This document shows, one piece after another, positions 1 to 9,502 of a stretch of 60,220 bases of DNA. This DNA is from Clostridiales bacterium (GTDB lineage: Bacteria > Bacillota > Limnochordia > Darwinibacteriales > B1SED10-159): positions 1 to 60,220 of the forward strand of contig PUOC01000038.1 in NCBI GenBank assembly GCA_003551965.1. Reading direction: 5' to 3'. Position numbers and translations under genes: made by a program. How positions within the stretch are numbered: position 1 is the stretch's first letter; each line of letters begins with the position of its first letter. The notes below the pieces were generated by a model. That model was not told the origin of the DNA and made no database searches. It saw only the letters and a program-made list of their open reading frames with translations.

Positions 1-772
1 CTTCCACGATATCGCCAATTAATCCGTTGTACCGGGATACTTCCCGGTAGATGGCGAACAGATAATTGACCCCGGCGAAGACCAGGGGAATATCATGGTT
101 CTCCACGGTTTTGCAGAGGACTCTGTCTACGGCACGGAAATAGCGGCGGAGGTTTTCACGTTGTTCATAGTTTTCGTCGCCGTGCCCGTAGGAAACAGCT
201 GCACGGTATCCGCTGGCCCCAGCCGGAGGCGCTTCGGTGTGGAAGTGCACTTGTTTCTCTGGATCGTCGTATTTGAGCACTTCATCGATGTTTTCCGGGG
301 CATCGGGAAGCTCCACACGGTTGAAGCTGTGCGGTGTGCACAGCAGCAGCCGAACATGCTGCTGGCTTAAGGCTAGAACATAGAACTGGTCCGTGGTGCT
401 CAAAAGGCGCAACAGGGGCTTCATATAGAACCGCTGGCCGACAGAGGCCATTTCTTGAACGTGGATGGGAAGACGGAAATGGCGGAAGACACCCGGGGCG
501 AGCAGTATAGCCAATCCGCTCTGTTGGTGCTTCCAAAACAGAGTATCATTGACGAGCTCTCTAGCGGGTTTGAGAAAGCTTTGGATCTGTTTTGCTGACC
601 AGCCAAGTCCTTGGAGCTTTCGTTCTGACTCCAGAAGCAGGTTTTTGAGGCGAATGCTTCCCTGTATCGCCTCCGGACCCACTTCCTCCGTCGGCACATA
701 AATGGATAGGCACGGGCCGTCGTTCTGGGTTGTCAAAAGGGCATTGAGAGTATCTCTATCGAGTGTTTCCAT
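1..772 (-). CDS. baeRF3-like (bacterial eRF1-like) domain protein, C-terminally truncated by the window edge
   Basis: Absent from the ORF track because it runs off the left edge. Hand translation of the minus strand from ATG 772 (AGGAGGG 10 nt upstream) stays open to position 1: METLDRDTLNALLTTQNDGPCLSIYVPTEEVGPEAIQGSIRLKNLL...HFHTEAPPAGASGYRAAVSYGHGDENYEQRENLRRYFRAVDRVL...PLVFAGVNYLFAIYREV. The LSIYxPT / RLKN / HGxG..RYFRxVD / AGV..L..YR pattern matches my memory of the baeRF3 family. The family name is from memory only. Confidence 0.6.
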   Translation of the reverse strand, partial: METLDRDTLNALLTTQNDGPCLSIYVPTEEVGPEAIQGSIRLKNLLLESERKLQGLGWSAKQIQSFLKPARELVNDTLFWKHQQSGLAILLAPGVFRHFRLPIHVQEMASVGQRFYMKPLLRLLSTTDQFYVLALSQQHVRLLLCTPHSFNRVELPDAPENIDEVLKYDDPEKQVHFHTEAPPAGASGYRAAVSYGHGDENYEQRENLRRYFRAVDRVLCKTVENHDIPLVFAGVNYLFAIYREVSRYNGLIGDIVE

Positions 773-1041
773 GTACCTAGATCCCTCCTTGTACATATAT
801 TCTGGAATCGGAGCCATTATCCTACCGCTTGGTCTGCGAACCTGCAAATCCTAACATACAGAATTTAGAGGAAAATCCATGCGGCCGCAGAAGGTATATG
901 CAGAGCCAACACCCTGTTAGAGATAGCTTCGGCCGCCAAGCGCGCCGAAGAAGACGTCTCTGCCAACAATCCTTGCGTTGTGCAACGATAGGTTGGATTG
1001 ATCTGGACACTTCTACGGCTAGAATCCACGGCAGAGGATCG

Positions 1042-2277
1042 ATGCAGATGCGGCAATATGCAACGGGCAGCCCGGAACTGATGAAGGCCATGAATAAGCG
1101 TTTGATTCTGAATACCATTCGCCAGAACGGGCCGGTGAGCCGCGTCGACATTGCAAAGGAAACCGGATTGCACCCCAGCACGGTGACCCGTATCGTGACG
1201 TCCCTTCGGGCCGAGGGCGTTGTGCGTGAAGAAGGCAGGGGCCAGAACCATATTGGCCGCAAGCCTATCTACCTGGATCTAGTGCCCGATGCTCTGCACT
1301 TCGGCGGCATTGCCTTGGAAGCGAACGGGATTTCTGCTGTGGTGGCCAATTTGCAAGCCGACATAAAAATGCGCGCCCATTGGACTCTCCAGGGCAAGAG
1401 CAAAGAAGCCATCGTTGATCAAATGTACAGAGCTGTGGACTGGCTGCTCGACGAGGCCCAGCAGCGCTACGTTCGTCTGACATCGGTGGGAATTGCCGTT
1501 CACGGCATCGCCGACAGCGCTCGGGGTGTGATGCGGTTTCCACCGGCATTCGGCTGGAAAGACCTTCCCTTGGCGGATATATTGGCGCAGCGCTATTCCA
1601 TCCCGGTCCGGGTCGGCAATAACTCCACGGCCCTGACATTGGGAGAGCATTGGTTTGGGCGCGGACGCCGGGTAGAAAACATGGTGGCCGTCAAGATAGG
1701 CCATGGGATTGGCTCCGGGATTATGCTAAACGGCACTCTCCTGCATGGCAATGATTTCAGTGCCGGCGAAATCGGCCATACGACCGTGGCGTTTGACGGA
1801 CCTCTGTGTCACTGCGGCAACTACGGCTGCCTGGAAAGTGTAGCTTCGGTGCCGGCGATTCTAAACCAGGCTCGAGTGCGTTTAAAGCAGGGGTCCGCGT
1901 CCACGCTGATGGATATGGTCGACGGCGATCCCGACGCCCTTTCACTGGGGCATATCAACCAAGCGGCCCTGGCCGGCGATGCCATGACGCAGCAGGTCTT
2001 AGAGGAAGCCGCTGTCTACATTGGCGTTGCCGTGGCGAATTGCATCAACCTGTTGAACCCGTCGCTGGTGCTGTTAGGCGGCGACATCTACGATACACTG
2101 CCCTTTCTGCTCCCGACGATAAAGGCGGTGGCCGCTTCTCGGACATTGGAAATTCCCAGAAAGCGTGTAACCATAGAGGATGTGGCATTGCGTCATGACG
2201 CTGTGGCCATCGGAGCCGTGGTCTTCGTCCTGCAGGACATATTCCGCGTCCCCTCTGCCCAAAATGTGTCCGTTTAG
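1042..2277 (+). CDS. ROK-family transcriptional regulator (NagC/XylR-like, N-terminal wHTH plus sugar-kinase fold)
   Basis: I trimmed ORF 829..2277 to ATG 1042 (AGAGGA upstream). The N-terminus MNKRLILNTIRQNGPVSRVDIAKETGLHPSTVTRIVTSLRAEG is a typical ROK-repressor HTH. It also has the ROK zinc motif GHTTVAFDGPLCHCGNYGCLE. Confidence 0.85.
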   Translation: MQMRQYATGSPELMKAMNKRLILNTIRQNGPVSRVDIAKETGLHPSTVTRIVTSLRAEGVVREEGRGQNHIGRKPIYLDLVPDALHFGGIALEANGISAVVANLQADIKMRAHWTLQGKSKEAIVDQMYRAVDWLLDEAQQRYVRLTSVGIAVHGIADSARGVMRFPPAFGWKDLPLADILAQRYSIPVRVGNNSTALTLGEHWFGRGRRVENMVAVKIGHGIGSGIMLNGTLLHGNDFSAGEIGHTTVAFDGPLCHCGNYGCLESVASVPAILNQARVRLKQGSASTLMDMVDGDPDALSLGHINQAALAGDAMTQQVLEEAAVYIGVAVANCINLLNPSLVLLGGDIYDTLPFLLPTIKAVAASRTLEIPRKRVTIEDVALRHDAVAIGAVVFVLQDIFRVPSAQNVSV

Positions 2278-2418
2278 AAACCTGTTGACAAAGGGAGCCT
2301 CTGGATCGGCAGGCCGGAAACCGGAGCCTTCTTCCGACGGGACCGAAGTTCTTTGTGCCTTATTGTTTGCAGTCTGCAACCAAAACGCTGTCGAAGATCA
2401 TCAAAGGAGAGTGAAACT

Positions 2419-3663
2419 GTGCAGATTACGAAAGTGGATCAACTGCGGGATGTTGTGCAACGCCAGGTAAGGGATGTGGAAATTACCGATGTCCACACCC
2501 ATTTGTATGCGGAGAACTTTGGAGATCTGCTGCTCTGGGGCGTCGATGAACTGCTGACCTATCATTATTTGATAGCAGAGTTCTTTCGCTACTCCGATAT
2601 GGAGTACGAGGCCTTTTTTCAGCTGACAAAGAAAGAACAGGCGGACAGGATCTGGCAGGCCTTGTTTGTGGAGCGTTCTCCGGTAAGCGAAGCCCAGCGC
2701 GGCGTGCTGACCGTCTTCAAAGAACTGGGGCTCGATGTATCGTCCCGGGATCTCAATGCCTATCGAGAGTACGTTGGGAGTTTTTCCACGGCCGAGTATA
2801 TTGACAGAGTGCTGGAAGTATCCCGCGTCAAGGAAGTGGTCATGACCAATGATCCCTTTGACGATCAGGAGCGCCAGATCTGGGAAACGGCCGGCAATAA
2901 GGACAGTCGCTTTAAGGGCGTGCTGCGGGTGGATCCGCTGCTCAACAGCTACCCCGAGGCCTGCGGAACCCTGCAAGCCTGGGGCTATGAGGTGACGCCC
3001 GACCTCGATACGCATTCTGTTAGGGAAATTCGGCGCTTTCTGACAGAATGGGCCCAAAGAATGGATGCCCTCTATCTAGCGGTCTCGCTTCCGCCCACCT
3101 TTGTGGTACCGGAGCACTCAATGCGCTCACGTATCGTCGAGGAGTGCGTCCTGCCTGTGTGCCGGGAACTGAACATACCCTTTGCCATGATGATTGGCGT
3201 GAAGAAGCGGGTCAATTATAAGCTGGAACTGGCCGGTGACTCCGTGGGCAAAGCGGACATCCGAGTGTTGGAGTATTTGTGCAGCACCTATCCGGACAAC
3301 AAGTTCTTGGTCACGATGCTGGCCAGGGAGAACCAGCACGAGCTGGCGGTGACGGCCCGCAAATTCCGCAACCTTTTTGTCTTCGGCTGCTGGTGGTTCT
3401 TGAATAATCCCAGTATCATCGAGGAAACAACGAGGGTGCGCTTGGAACTTTTGGGATTGTCTTTTGCACCGCAGCATTCCGATGCCAGAGTCCTTGACCA
3501 ACTGGTGTATAAATGGAATCATTCCCGCAGCATCATTGCTGACGTTCTGACGGAGAAGTACACCGATCTGTTCCAGACTGGATGGCGCCCGACGGAGGCG
3601 GAAATTCGCCGTGATGTGGAAGCTCTTTTTGGAGGCAATTTCTGGACATTTCTCAGGAAGTGA
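2419..3663 (+). CDS. uronate isomerase of the Bh0493 type (amidohydrolase superfamily)
   Basis: GTG 2419 sits 9 nt after AAAGGAGA. VEITDVHTHLYAENFGDLLLWGVDELLTYHYLIAEF, KKEQADRIWQALFVERSPVSEAQRGVL, VMTNDPFDD, IPFAMMIGVKKRV and FGCWWFLNNP closely resemble the Bacillus halodurans Bh0493 uronate isomerase as I remember it. The neighbouring UxaE and UxaA fit this call. Confidence 0.7.
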   Translation: MQITKVDQLRDVVQRQVRDVEITDVHTHLYAENFGDLLLWGVDELLTYHYLIAEFFRYSDMEYEAFFQLTKKEQADRIWQALFVERSPVSEAQRGVLTVFKELGLDVSSRDLNAYREYVGSFSTAEYIDRVLEVSRVKEVVMTNDPFDDQERQIWETAGNKDSRFKGVLRVDPLLNSYPEACGTLQAWGYEVTPDLDTHSVREIRRFLTEWAQRMDALYLAVSLPPTFVVPEHSMRSRIVEECVLPVCRELNIPFAMMIGVKKRVNYKLELAGDSVGKADIRVLEYLCSTYPDNKFLVTMLARENQHELAVTARKFRNLFVFGCWWFLNNPSIIEETTRVRLELLGLSFAPQHSDARVLDQLVYKWNHSRSIIADVLTEKYTDLFQTGWRPTEAEIRRDVEALFGGNFWTFLRK

Positions 3664-3727
3664 ATTGGCGCGGCGGCAGTTCTAGGCAGAACTGATTGCC
3701 GCACAACAGCTGGGAGGGTGAAACAAC

Positions 3728-5248
3728 GTGAAACCATGGCAGGAATTGGTTAGAGTATGGAAGGCTGAAGGATTGGCTGCGGCCAAAGACAGGGCTGATA
3801 CCTTCTCCGTATATCCGAAATCTCTGCATGAAGCAGAAGGGTCGCTGTTGTTTATAACCAAAGAACCGCAGCAGAGGCGCTTGGCTGTGGCCGGCGCCGG
3901 ACCCATGCAGCAGCTGTTCCATGGGGTGAAGGAAACCGCGGACGATACTGTTGTGAAATTGGCCGATATGGATCATGAGAACTGCCAGGCACTGCGCGGG
4001 TATTTCGGCTTTACCAAACCCCGGGCATTCGGGCGGCAGGGCACCAGCATGGGACTGGGTGACCGCCTGGGTCTGGCATCGCCCGGACACATCGCTACGG
4101 TCCAAGGGACGGGTGTCCGTCCCGTGTTGGCCCAGCAGTCCATGCGGGAATTGGACCTGACGGGGCGAACGTACGATGACGTACTGGATGCGGCATCCTG
4201 GGCAGTGTTTCAAGAAGGCTACCATGAAGGATTCGGAGCCGATGGGGACCACTTGAAAAACGCTGCCGATATCCAAATGGCCCTGGATATCGGGTACTCC
4301 ATGATAACCCTGGACTGTTCCGATCACATCGACAATACAGTCGTCGATGCCAGTGAAGAAGAGATGGAAGTGAAATTCGCCCAACTGACTGCGGAAGAAG
4401 CGGCTGTGGCGGAACAGTACATTGGTGTGGATTTTCAGCTGCAGTCTGGAACGGTGATCAATTTCACGGAGCGGCAGTTCAAACGGGCCTTCTTGATCTA
4501 TAAAGAGATGATCTCTTTCACGAAGCACATCTATGACACGGTCATTGGACCATGCGGCCGGGATGTGGATTTTGAGGTGTCCATTGACGAAACTGCATCC
4601 CCCACCCTGCCGGAAGAGCACTTCTTAGTCGCGCGGGAGCTCCATCAGCGTGGTGTTGCGGTCAACAGCTTGGCGCCCCGTTTCTGCGGCGAGTTTCAGA
4701 AGGGCATCGATTATATTGGAGACTTGACGGAATTTGAAAAGGAATTTGTGATCCACGCGGGTATCGCCGAACACTTCGGCTACAAGCTTAGTATCCATTC
4801 CGGCAGCGACAAGTTCAGTGTCTTTCCCATTATTGGTAAACATACAAATGGGCGAGTGCATGTCAAGACGGCTGGTACCAGCTGGCTGGAAGCCATGCGA
4901 GTGGTTGCTGAGCATGATCCCGGCTTGTATCGGGAAATTCATCAATTTGCCCTGGATCACTTTGCGGAAGCGCTGAAGATCTACAAGGTGACGACCGACT
5001 TGGACAAGATTCCCGACGTATGGTCCATGAAGGATCAAGATCTGCCCGGTTTGATGGATCACAATGACGCCCGGCAGTTAATTCATATCACCTATGGTTT
5101 GATACTCCAAGACCGGACCAATGGCAGGTATACATTCAACGACCGCCTGTACGATTTGTGGCAGCAAAGCGAAGAGGAATACAAACAGGTTCTGCAAAAG
5201 CACATTGGACGGCACATGCAGGAGTTGGGAGTGGAAGAAACGAATTAG
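3728..5248 (+). CDS. uxaE: tagaturonate/fructuronate epimerase (UxaE family)
   Basis: 506 aa, GTG start with GGGAGGG 9 nt upstream. Motifs GLGDRLGLASPGH, GFGADGDHLK and SIHSGSDKFS, plus size and position between a uronate isomerase and an altronate dehydratase, fit the Thermotoga/Bacillus UxaE family. Confidence 0.7.
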   Translation: MKPWQELVRVWKAEGLAAAKDRADTFSVYPKSLHEAEGSLLFITKEPQQRRLAVAGAGPMQQLFHGVKETADDTVVKLADMDHENCQALRGYFGFTKPRAFGRQGTSMGLGDRLGLASPGHIATVQGTGVRPVLAQQSMRELDLTGRTYDDVLDAASWAVFQEGYHEGFGADGDHLKNAADIQMALDIGYSMITLDCSDHIDNTVVDASEEEMEVKFAQLTAEEAAVAEQYIGVDFQLQSGTVINFTERQFKRAFLIYKEMISFTKHIYDTVIGPCGRDVDFEVSIDETASPTLPEEHFLVARELHQRGVAVNSLAPRFCGEFQKGIDYIGDLTEFEKEFVIHAGIAEHFGYKLSIHSGSDKFSVFPIIGKHTNGRVHVKTAGTSWLEAMRVVAEHDPGLYREIHQFALDHFAEALKIYKVTTDLDKIPDVWSMKDQDLPGLMDHNDARQLIHITYGLILQDRTNGRYTFNDRLYDLWQQSEEEYKQVLQKHIGRHMQELGVEETN

Positions 5249-5399
5249 TAGGCCAATCAGAAGTGGCTGAATGGAAAGTTGCGAAGGCGGCAGGGCTCCA
5301 CTTACTGGATCCTGCCGCCTGTTCTTGTATTCCCAATGCCGAAGGGACACAGACTGTACGCGGGACAGGCCTCTAAGGGCCAGTGAGAAAAACAATAGG

Positions 5400-6893
5400 A
5401 TGGTGAAAGCCTTGTATCTTCACATTCACGAGGATGACAATGTGGGCATTGCCACACAGGATCTGGAGCAGGGTCAGGTGGTTGCCTTAGACGATGGAGA
5501 AATCCGGCTGCTTGAACCGATCCCCCAGGGACACAAGTTTGCTCTGAAAGCGATCGCCGCTGGATCCGATGTGGTGAAGTACGGATCGCCTATTGGAACT
5601 GCTGCACGGGACATTGAACCCGGACAGTGGGTCCATACTCACAATGTCAGCACCAAGCTGGCCGGGGAATTGGATTATTCCTACAGCCCCGAACCGGAAG
5701 CAGAGCTGCCGGAAACCAAAGAACGAAAATTTCTGGGTTACCTCCGCAAGGACGGCAGTGTGGGGATTCGCAACGAAATATGGATCATTCCTACGGTCAA
5801 CTGTACCAATGGCACGGCTGCATTGATCGCCAAGGCGGCCACCAAGGAACTTTCCACGGAGAATATCGATGGCATCTATGCATTTACCCATCCGTACGGC
5901 TGTTCGCAGTTGGGAGACGACCTAAAGACAACGCAGAAGCTTCTGGCTTCCCTGGCTAAGCACCCGAATGCCGGCGGTGTGCTGGTTTTGGGCTTGGGAT
6001 GTGAAAATAACGAATTGGATGCCATGAAAGCCATGATGGAACCCTATGATGCTGACCGTGTCCGCTTTCTGGTGGCCCAGGACGTGGAGGACGAAGTGAC
6101 TGCCGCCCGGGACATAGTGCTGGAATTGGCGCAGTCGGCGGGGCAGCTCAAGCGCCGCGAACTGCCGCTTTCCCATCTCAACATCGGCTTGAAGTGCGGC
6201 GGCTCGGATGGTTTCTCTGGAATTACCGCCAATCCTTTGGTGGGCAGGATATCGGACTTCGTTGTCCAGCAGGGCGGCAGTGCGGTTTTGACGGAAGTGC
6301 CGGAGATGTTCGGTGCCGAACAGCAGCTGATGAACCGGGCGAAGGATCAGGAGACATTCGAGCAGATCGTCGATCTTATCAACGGTTTCAAGGAATATTT
6401 CATCAAGCACGATCAACCGGTCTATGAAAACCCTTCACCGGGGAACAAGGAAGGCGGCATCACGACCTTGGAGGACAAGAGCCTTGGCTGTACGGAAAAG
6501 AGCGGCCACAGTTTGGTGCGGGATGTACTGGACTATGGCGACCAAGTGAAATCCCAAGGTCTTTCGCTGCTCTGCAGTCCAGGCAACGACTTTGTGGCGG
6601 CCACGGCTTTGGCTGCTGCGGGCTGCCAGTTGATCCTATTTACCACCGGACGGGGAACACCGTTTGGGACAGCGGTGCCTACTGTGAAGATAGCATCCAA
6701 CAGCCGGGTCTACGACTTTAAGCAGCATTGGTTTGACTTCAATGCCGGCACCTTGGTCGAAGGTACCGCCCTGGAGGACGCAGCCGAGGACCTTTTGGAC
6801 CAAATCGTCCACATCGCCTCCGGGCAGCCGGCTAAGAACGAAGACATGGATTTCCGAGAAATTACCATGTGGAAGGGCGGTGTGACGGTCTAG
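5400..6893 (+). CDS. uxaA: altronate dehydratase (UxaA/GarD family; SAF domain plus dehydratase C-terminal domain)
   Basis: I trimmed ORF 5271..6893 to ATG 5400. It has the N-terminal SAF-like segment DNVGIATQDLEQGQ...IPQGHKFALKAIAAGSDVVKYGSPIG. It also has NCTNG, HPYGCSQLG, LGLGCE and GLKCGGSDGFSGITANP, typical of UxaA. Confidence 0.85.
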   Translation: MVKALYLHIHEDDNVGIATQDLEQGQVVALDDGEIRLLEPIPQGHKFALKAIAAGSDVVKYGSPIGTAARDIEPGQWVHTHNVSTKLAGELDYSYSPEPEAELPETKERKFLGYLRKDGSVGIRNEIWIIPTVNCTNGTAALIAKAATKELSTENIDGIYAFTHPYGCSQLGDDLKTTQKLLASLAKHPNAGGVLVLGLGCENNELDAMKAMMEPYDADRVRFLVAQDVEDEVTAARDIVLELAQSAGQLKRRELPLSHLNIGLKCGGSDGFSGITANPLVGRISDFVVQQGGSAVLTEVPEMFGAEQQLMNRAKDQETFEQIVDLINGFKEYFIKHDQPVYENPSPGNKEGGITTLEDKSLGCTEKSGHSLVRDVLDYGDQVKSQGLSLLCSPGNDFVAATALAAAGCQLILFTTGRGTPFGTAVPTVKIASNSRVYDFKQHWFDFNAGTLVEGTALEDAAEDLLDQIVHIASGQPAKNEDMDFREITMWKGGVTV

Positions 6894-6956
6894 ACGACCG
6901 TTGGACGACCGTCTTGGGCGCGCTGATCACAGGCAAAGTCGAAAGGGGATGGGCAC

Positions 6957-8060
6957 ATGCTGGAGCACTCGGGTTCTCTATCGGATCTACCCAAACGGAA
7001 GTCCTTTGAGGCAAAGCGGCTGAGTAGTTGGGATCGCACCGGCGGCAACCGGGATGCCTGGTCCATTGGAGCCGGCGAGACAAAGACCATTGCTGAGCTG
7101 GACGGCCCCGGGGTGATCCGCCATATTTGGTTCACTGTCAGTCACAGTGATCCAGACTACCTCCGGAAGCTGCTGCTGCGCATGTATTGGGACGGGGAGG
7201 ACAACCCATCGGTGGAAGGCCCTCTAGGAGACTTTTTTGGTCTAGGGCACGGCCAAGTGTTTACGTACCAGTGCGCTCTGTTTAGTACGTCGACCAATTA
7301 TGGAACAGGCATCGGTGGGACCCAAGGCCCGGGGGTGGCCATGAACAGCTGGCTGCCCATGCCCTTTCGCCGCCATGCTCGAATTGACATCGTCAATGAA
7401 CAGGACATTCCTGTGGATGCGCTCTATTTCTATGTGGATTATCAGGTTCACGCATGCCTGGAAGAAGGTACGGGCTATCTCCATGCACAGTGGCGGAGAG
7501 AAAATCCCTGCCGCGGCTGGACCGGCCCAGGAAGCGTTTGGGGATCCGAAGCTTGGAAGGAGCGTTCACAGGGACCGGATGGCATCAACCAGAGCGATGA
7601 GAACAATTACCTGATCTTGGATGCCCGGGGCCGCGGCCATTACATCGGCGTTAACATGTCCATTGATCGTCAAGGCCGGGGTTGGTGGGGAGAAGGTGAC
7701 GATATGTTCTTCATTGATCGGGACGATGAACGGACATGGCCTCCCGATATGCACGGCACAGGCAGCGAAGATTATCTCGGCCATGCCTGGGGTATGCAGA
7801 ACACGGCCCATCTGTACTGCGGCCAGCCCTGGGCGGAACAGGAGGATCACTTCAACTACGGTAAAGTCTGCGTGTACCGCTATCATGTGGTCGATCCCAT
7901 TCCATTTCGGCGCAGCATTCGCATCAGCATAGAACACGGCCACGCCAATGACCGCAGCGACGATATCTGTTCTACGGCCTACTGGTATCAAGAGGAACCG
8001 CACAAACCATTCCCGAAGCTGCTGCCGGTTCACCTGCGGTTGCCAAACCGGGTTAGTTAA
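6957..8060 (+). CDS. DUF2961 / glycoside hydrolase family 172 protein
   Basis: 367 aa with AAAGGGGA upstream. RLSSWDRTGGNRDAWSI..G.TKTIAELDGPGVIRHIWFT and GDFFGLGHG are the hallmark N-terminal motifs of DUF2961 (GH172). There is no signal peptide. Confidence 0.8.
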   Translation: MLEHSGSLSDLPKRKSFEAKRLSSWDRTGGNRDAWSIGAGETKTIAELDGPGVIRHIWFTVSHSDPDYLRKLLLRMYWDGEDNPSVEGPLGDFFGLGHGQVFTYQCALFSTSTNYGTGIGGTQGPGVAMNSWLPMPFRRHARIDIVNEQDIPVDALYFYVDYQVHACLEEGTGYLHAQWRRENPCRGWTGPGSVWGSEAWKERSQGPDGINQSDENNYLILDARGRGHYIGVNMSIDRQGRGWWGEGDDMFFIDRDDERTWPPDMHGTGSEDYLGHAWGMQNTAHLYCGQPWAEQEDHFNYGKVCVYRYHVVDPIPFRRSIRISIEHGHANDRSDDICSTAYWYQEEPHKPFPKLLPVHLRLPNRVS

Positions 8061-8205
8061 AGACTATGGCGGCTTCCCATGTCGACTTTGGTTGCCCGCA
8101 TCCCGCTGCGTTCTGCCGGCAGGGCCGCCGAAATGTCCATGGGATGTGCAACGGCTGTGTCCTGCACGTTGGTTTATCGGCGGCAATATGAGAGGAGAGG
8201 CTTTC

Positions 8206-8331
8206 ATGGAAGTTGTTGCATTCCTGGCTCCCATTGCGTTTGTGTTTGCGTTGGCAGCCCTAGGCCAGGTTGGCTCGCTCAAGAAAGAAGTCGAGCAGTT
8301 GAAAGCTGATGTCAAAGAACTCAAAGAATAG
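8206..8331 (+). CDS. hypothetical small membrane protein (41 aa, one TM helix plus a charged coiled tail)
   Basis: ATG 8206 is preceded by GAGGAGAGG. The product is MEVVAFLAPIAFVFALAALGQVGSLKKEVEQLKADVKELKE. Support is only the RBS and a plausible TM-plus-amphipathic-tail design. Confidence 0.3.
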   Translation: MEVVAFLAPIAFVFALAALGQVGSLKKEVEQLKADVKELKE

Positions 8332-8463
8332 GCTCTGATTGTTGAAGGGCTTCGTGACCAGCGGCGCAGCATTGGTCATTGGTCGTTAGAAATGATCGAT
8401 GTTTCGTTGGTCTTCGGCTGGGTTTTCGGAAAGAGCATAGGCGCCTTTTCGTTCGTGGCGCGA

Positions 8464-8513
8464 AGTAAAACAAGCCAAAGGGGCAGAGTTCTGTGGCGAA
8501 CTCTGCCCCTTGG
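8464..8513 (-). terminator. rho-independent terminator of the Cys-rich secreted protein gene
   Basis: Hairpin CCAAAGGGGCAGAGTTC-tgtggc-GAACTCTGCCCCTTGG (16 bp, one bulged A) at 8475-8513. On the minus strand it is followed by CTTGTTTTACTT. It lies 28 nt past the stop at 8541. Confidence 0.7.
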
Positions 8514-8540
8514 TCTACTGGTAGGCGGCAGTCTTTGTAC

Positions 8541-8882
8541 TCACATACCTCTTGGCATCACTTGTACATCTTCGGGATCAATATCTTCAAATGCGCCGTC
8601 TCCGGCTTCCCAGCCGCCTTTGCATTCATGGCAGACCGGTTCGCCTTCGAGTACGTTTTCCCCACAGGGGCAGCCGCCCATGTCAATCAGGCATTGGTTG
8701 CAGGGGTTGTTGAGACAGCAGTTGTACGTCCCGTCCTCTATGGCTTCGGCTTTCTGCTCCGCGACCATGGCAGCCAACGTTTCCTTCTCTTCGTCTTCGG
8801 GGCAACAAGAAGACGCGAGTGTTCCCATACCGAGGCTTGCTACCAGAAACAACACTGCAGAAACAACGAATAGAAATCGCAT
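8541..8882 (-). CDS. secreted cysteine-rich acidic protein (113 aa, 10 Cys in the mature part), unknown function
   Basis: I trimmed ORF 8541..9053 to ATG 8882 (GGAGGGATACGGTAC upstream). The signal peptide is MRFLFVVSAVLFLVASLGMGTLASS. The mature part is CCPEDEEKE...YNCCLNNPCNQCLIDMGGCPCGENVLEGEPVCHECKGG. It has its own terminator. Confidence 0.6.
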   Translation of the reverse strand: MRFLFVVSAVLFLVASLGMGTLASSCCPEDEEKETLAAMVAEQKAEAIEDGTYNCCLNNPCNQCLIDMGGCPCGENVLEGEPVCHECKGGWEAGDGAFEDIDPEDVQVMPRGM

Positions 8883-9502
8883 GTACCGTATCCCTCCAAA
8901 GGATTTTTTGAAACAGCCGCCTTCCAGCCCTAGCCAGAACAATAGCATAATGTGCTGCAGAAAAATGTAATCTGGCTTACCATTCCGCCGCTTTCTGGGT
9001 GACAGGGAGAGCAAGACGGGGAAGCCCGTGGACTCTTGGGAGGAATGGAACACGGCAAAGAGCCTAGCATACCTGCTGCTTCGAACTATTCCAACGACGA
9101 GAGTTGATGCGCCGGACCGTGCAGACGCCTTGAAGACCGAGTTTCGTACTCTGATGTCAGCGGCCGAAGCAGCTCTTGGAAAAACGTGCTGCTGATGGTT
9201 TTGATTCTTTTCGTTTGGATGCAGGCACCCATGCGCTCAGGCGGGATGGGAGAAGAGTTAAAGAATAAGAGATATTCCCGGATTTTTGGAAGGAATTGAA
9301 AGAGGATTGCATAATAGTGACAACAAACGCCCTGCAGGATAGCGAGATTACCAAAGGACTGTCTTTGTATACACGGTGCGATGGATTTTCGCGGATCGCT
9401 GGCTGAGGGAGGAATGCGTATCGCGCTGCGGCCGCTGCATGGCATCGGCAGGTGCGGGAAGACATCCGATGCGTTGTGAGATCATCTGAGAGGGGCGGTG
9501 TC

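Noticed and set aside
829-1041. Long N-terminal extensions in the ORF track (also 2353-2418, 5271-5399, 11274-11495, 13117-13296, 15667-15699, 25753-25923, 49391-49618, 54988-55089)
   Set aside because: The extensions are Arg/Cys/Pro-rich junk or overlap the upstream gene or a terminator. Internal starts with GGAGG-type sites at 5-10 nt give N-termini that match the family norms.
2367-2379. TTGCAG-t-CTGCAA palindrome upstream of the uronate isomerase gene as a possible ROK operator
   Set aside because: A 6-bp inverted repeat with a short spacer is expected by chance fairly often in a 140-bp spacer (my rough estimate is tens of percent). I found no second copy upstream of the other ROK-linked genes.
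8392-8970. 192-aa and 126-aa plus-strand ORFs
   Set aside because: They are antisense to the Cys-rich secreted protein gene, which has an RBS, a signal peptide and its own terminator. The plus-strand products are Ser/Pro-rich and have no start signals.
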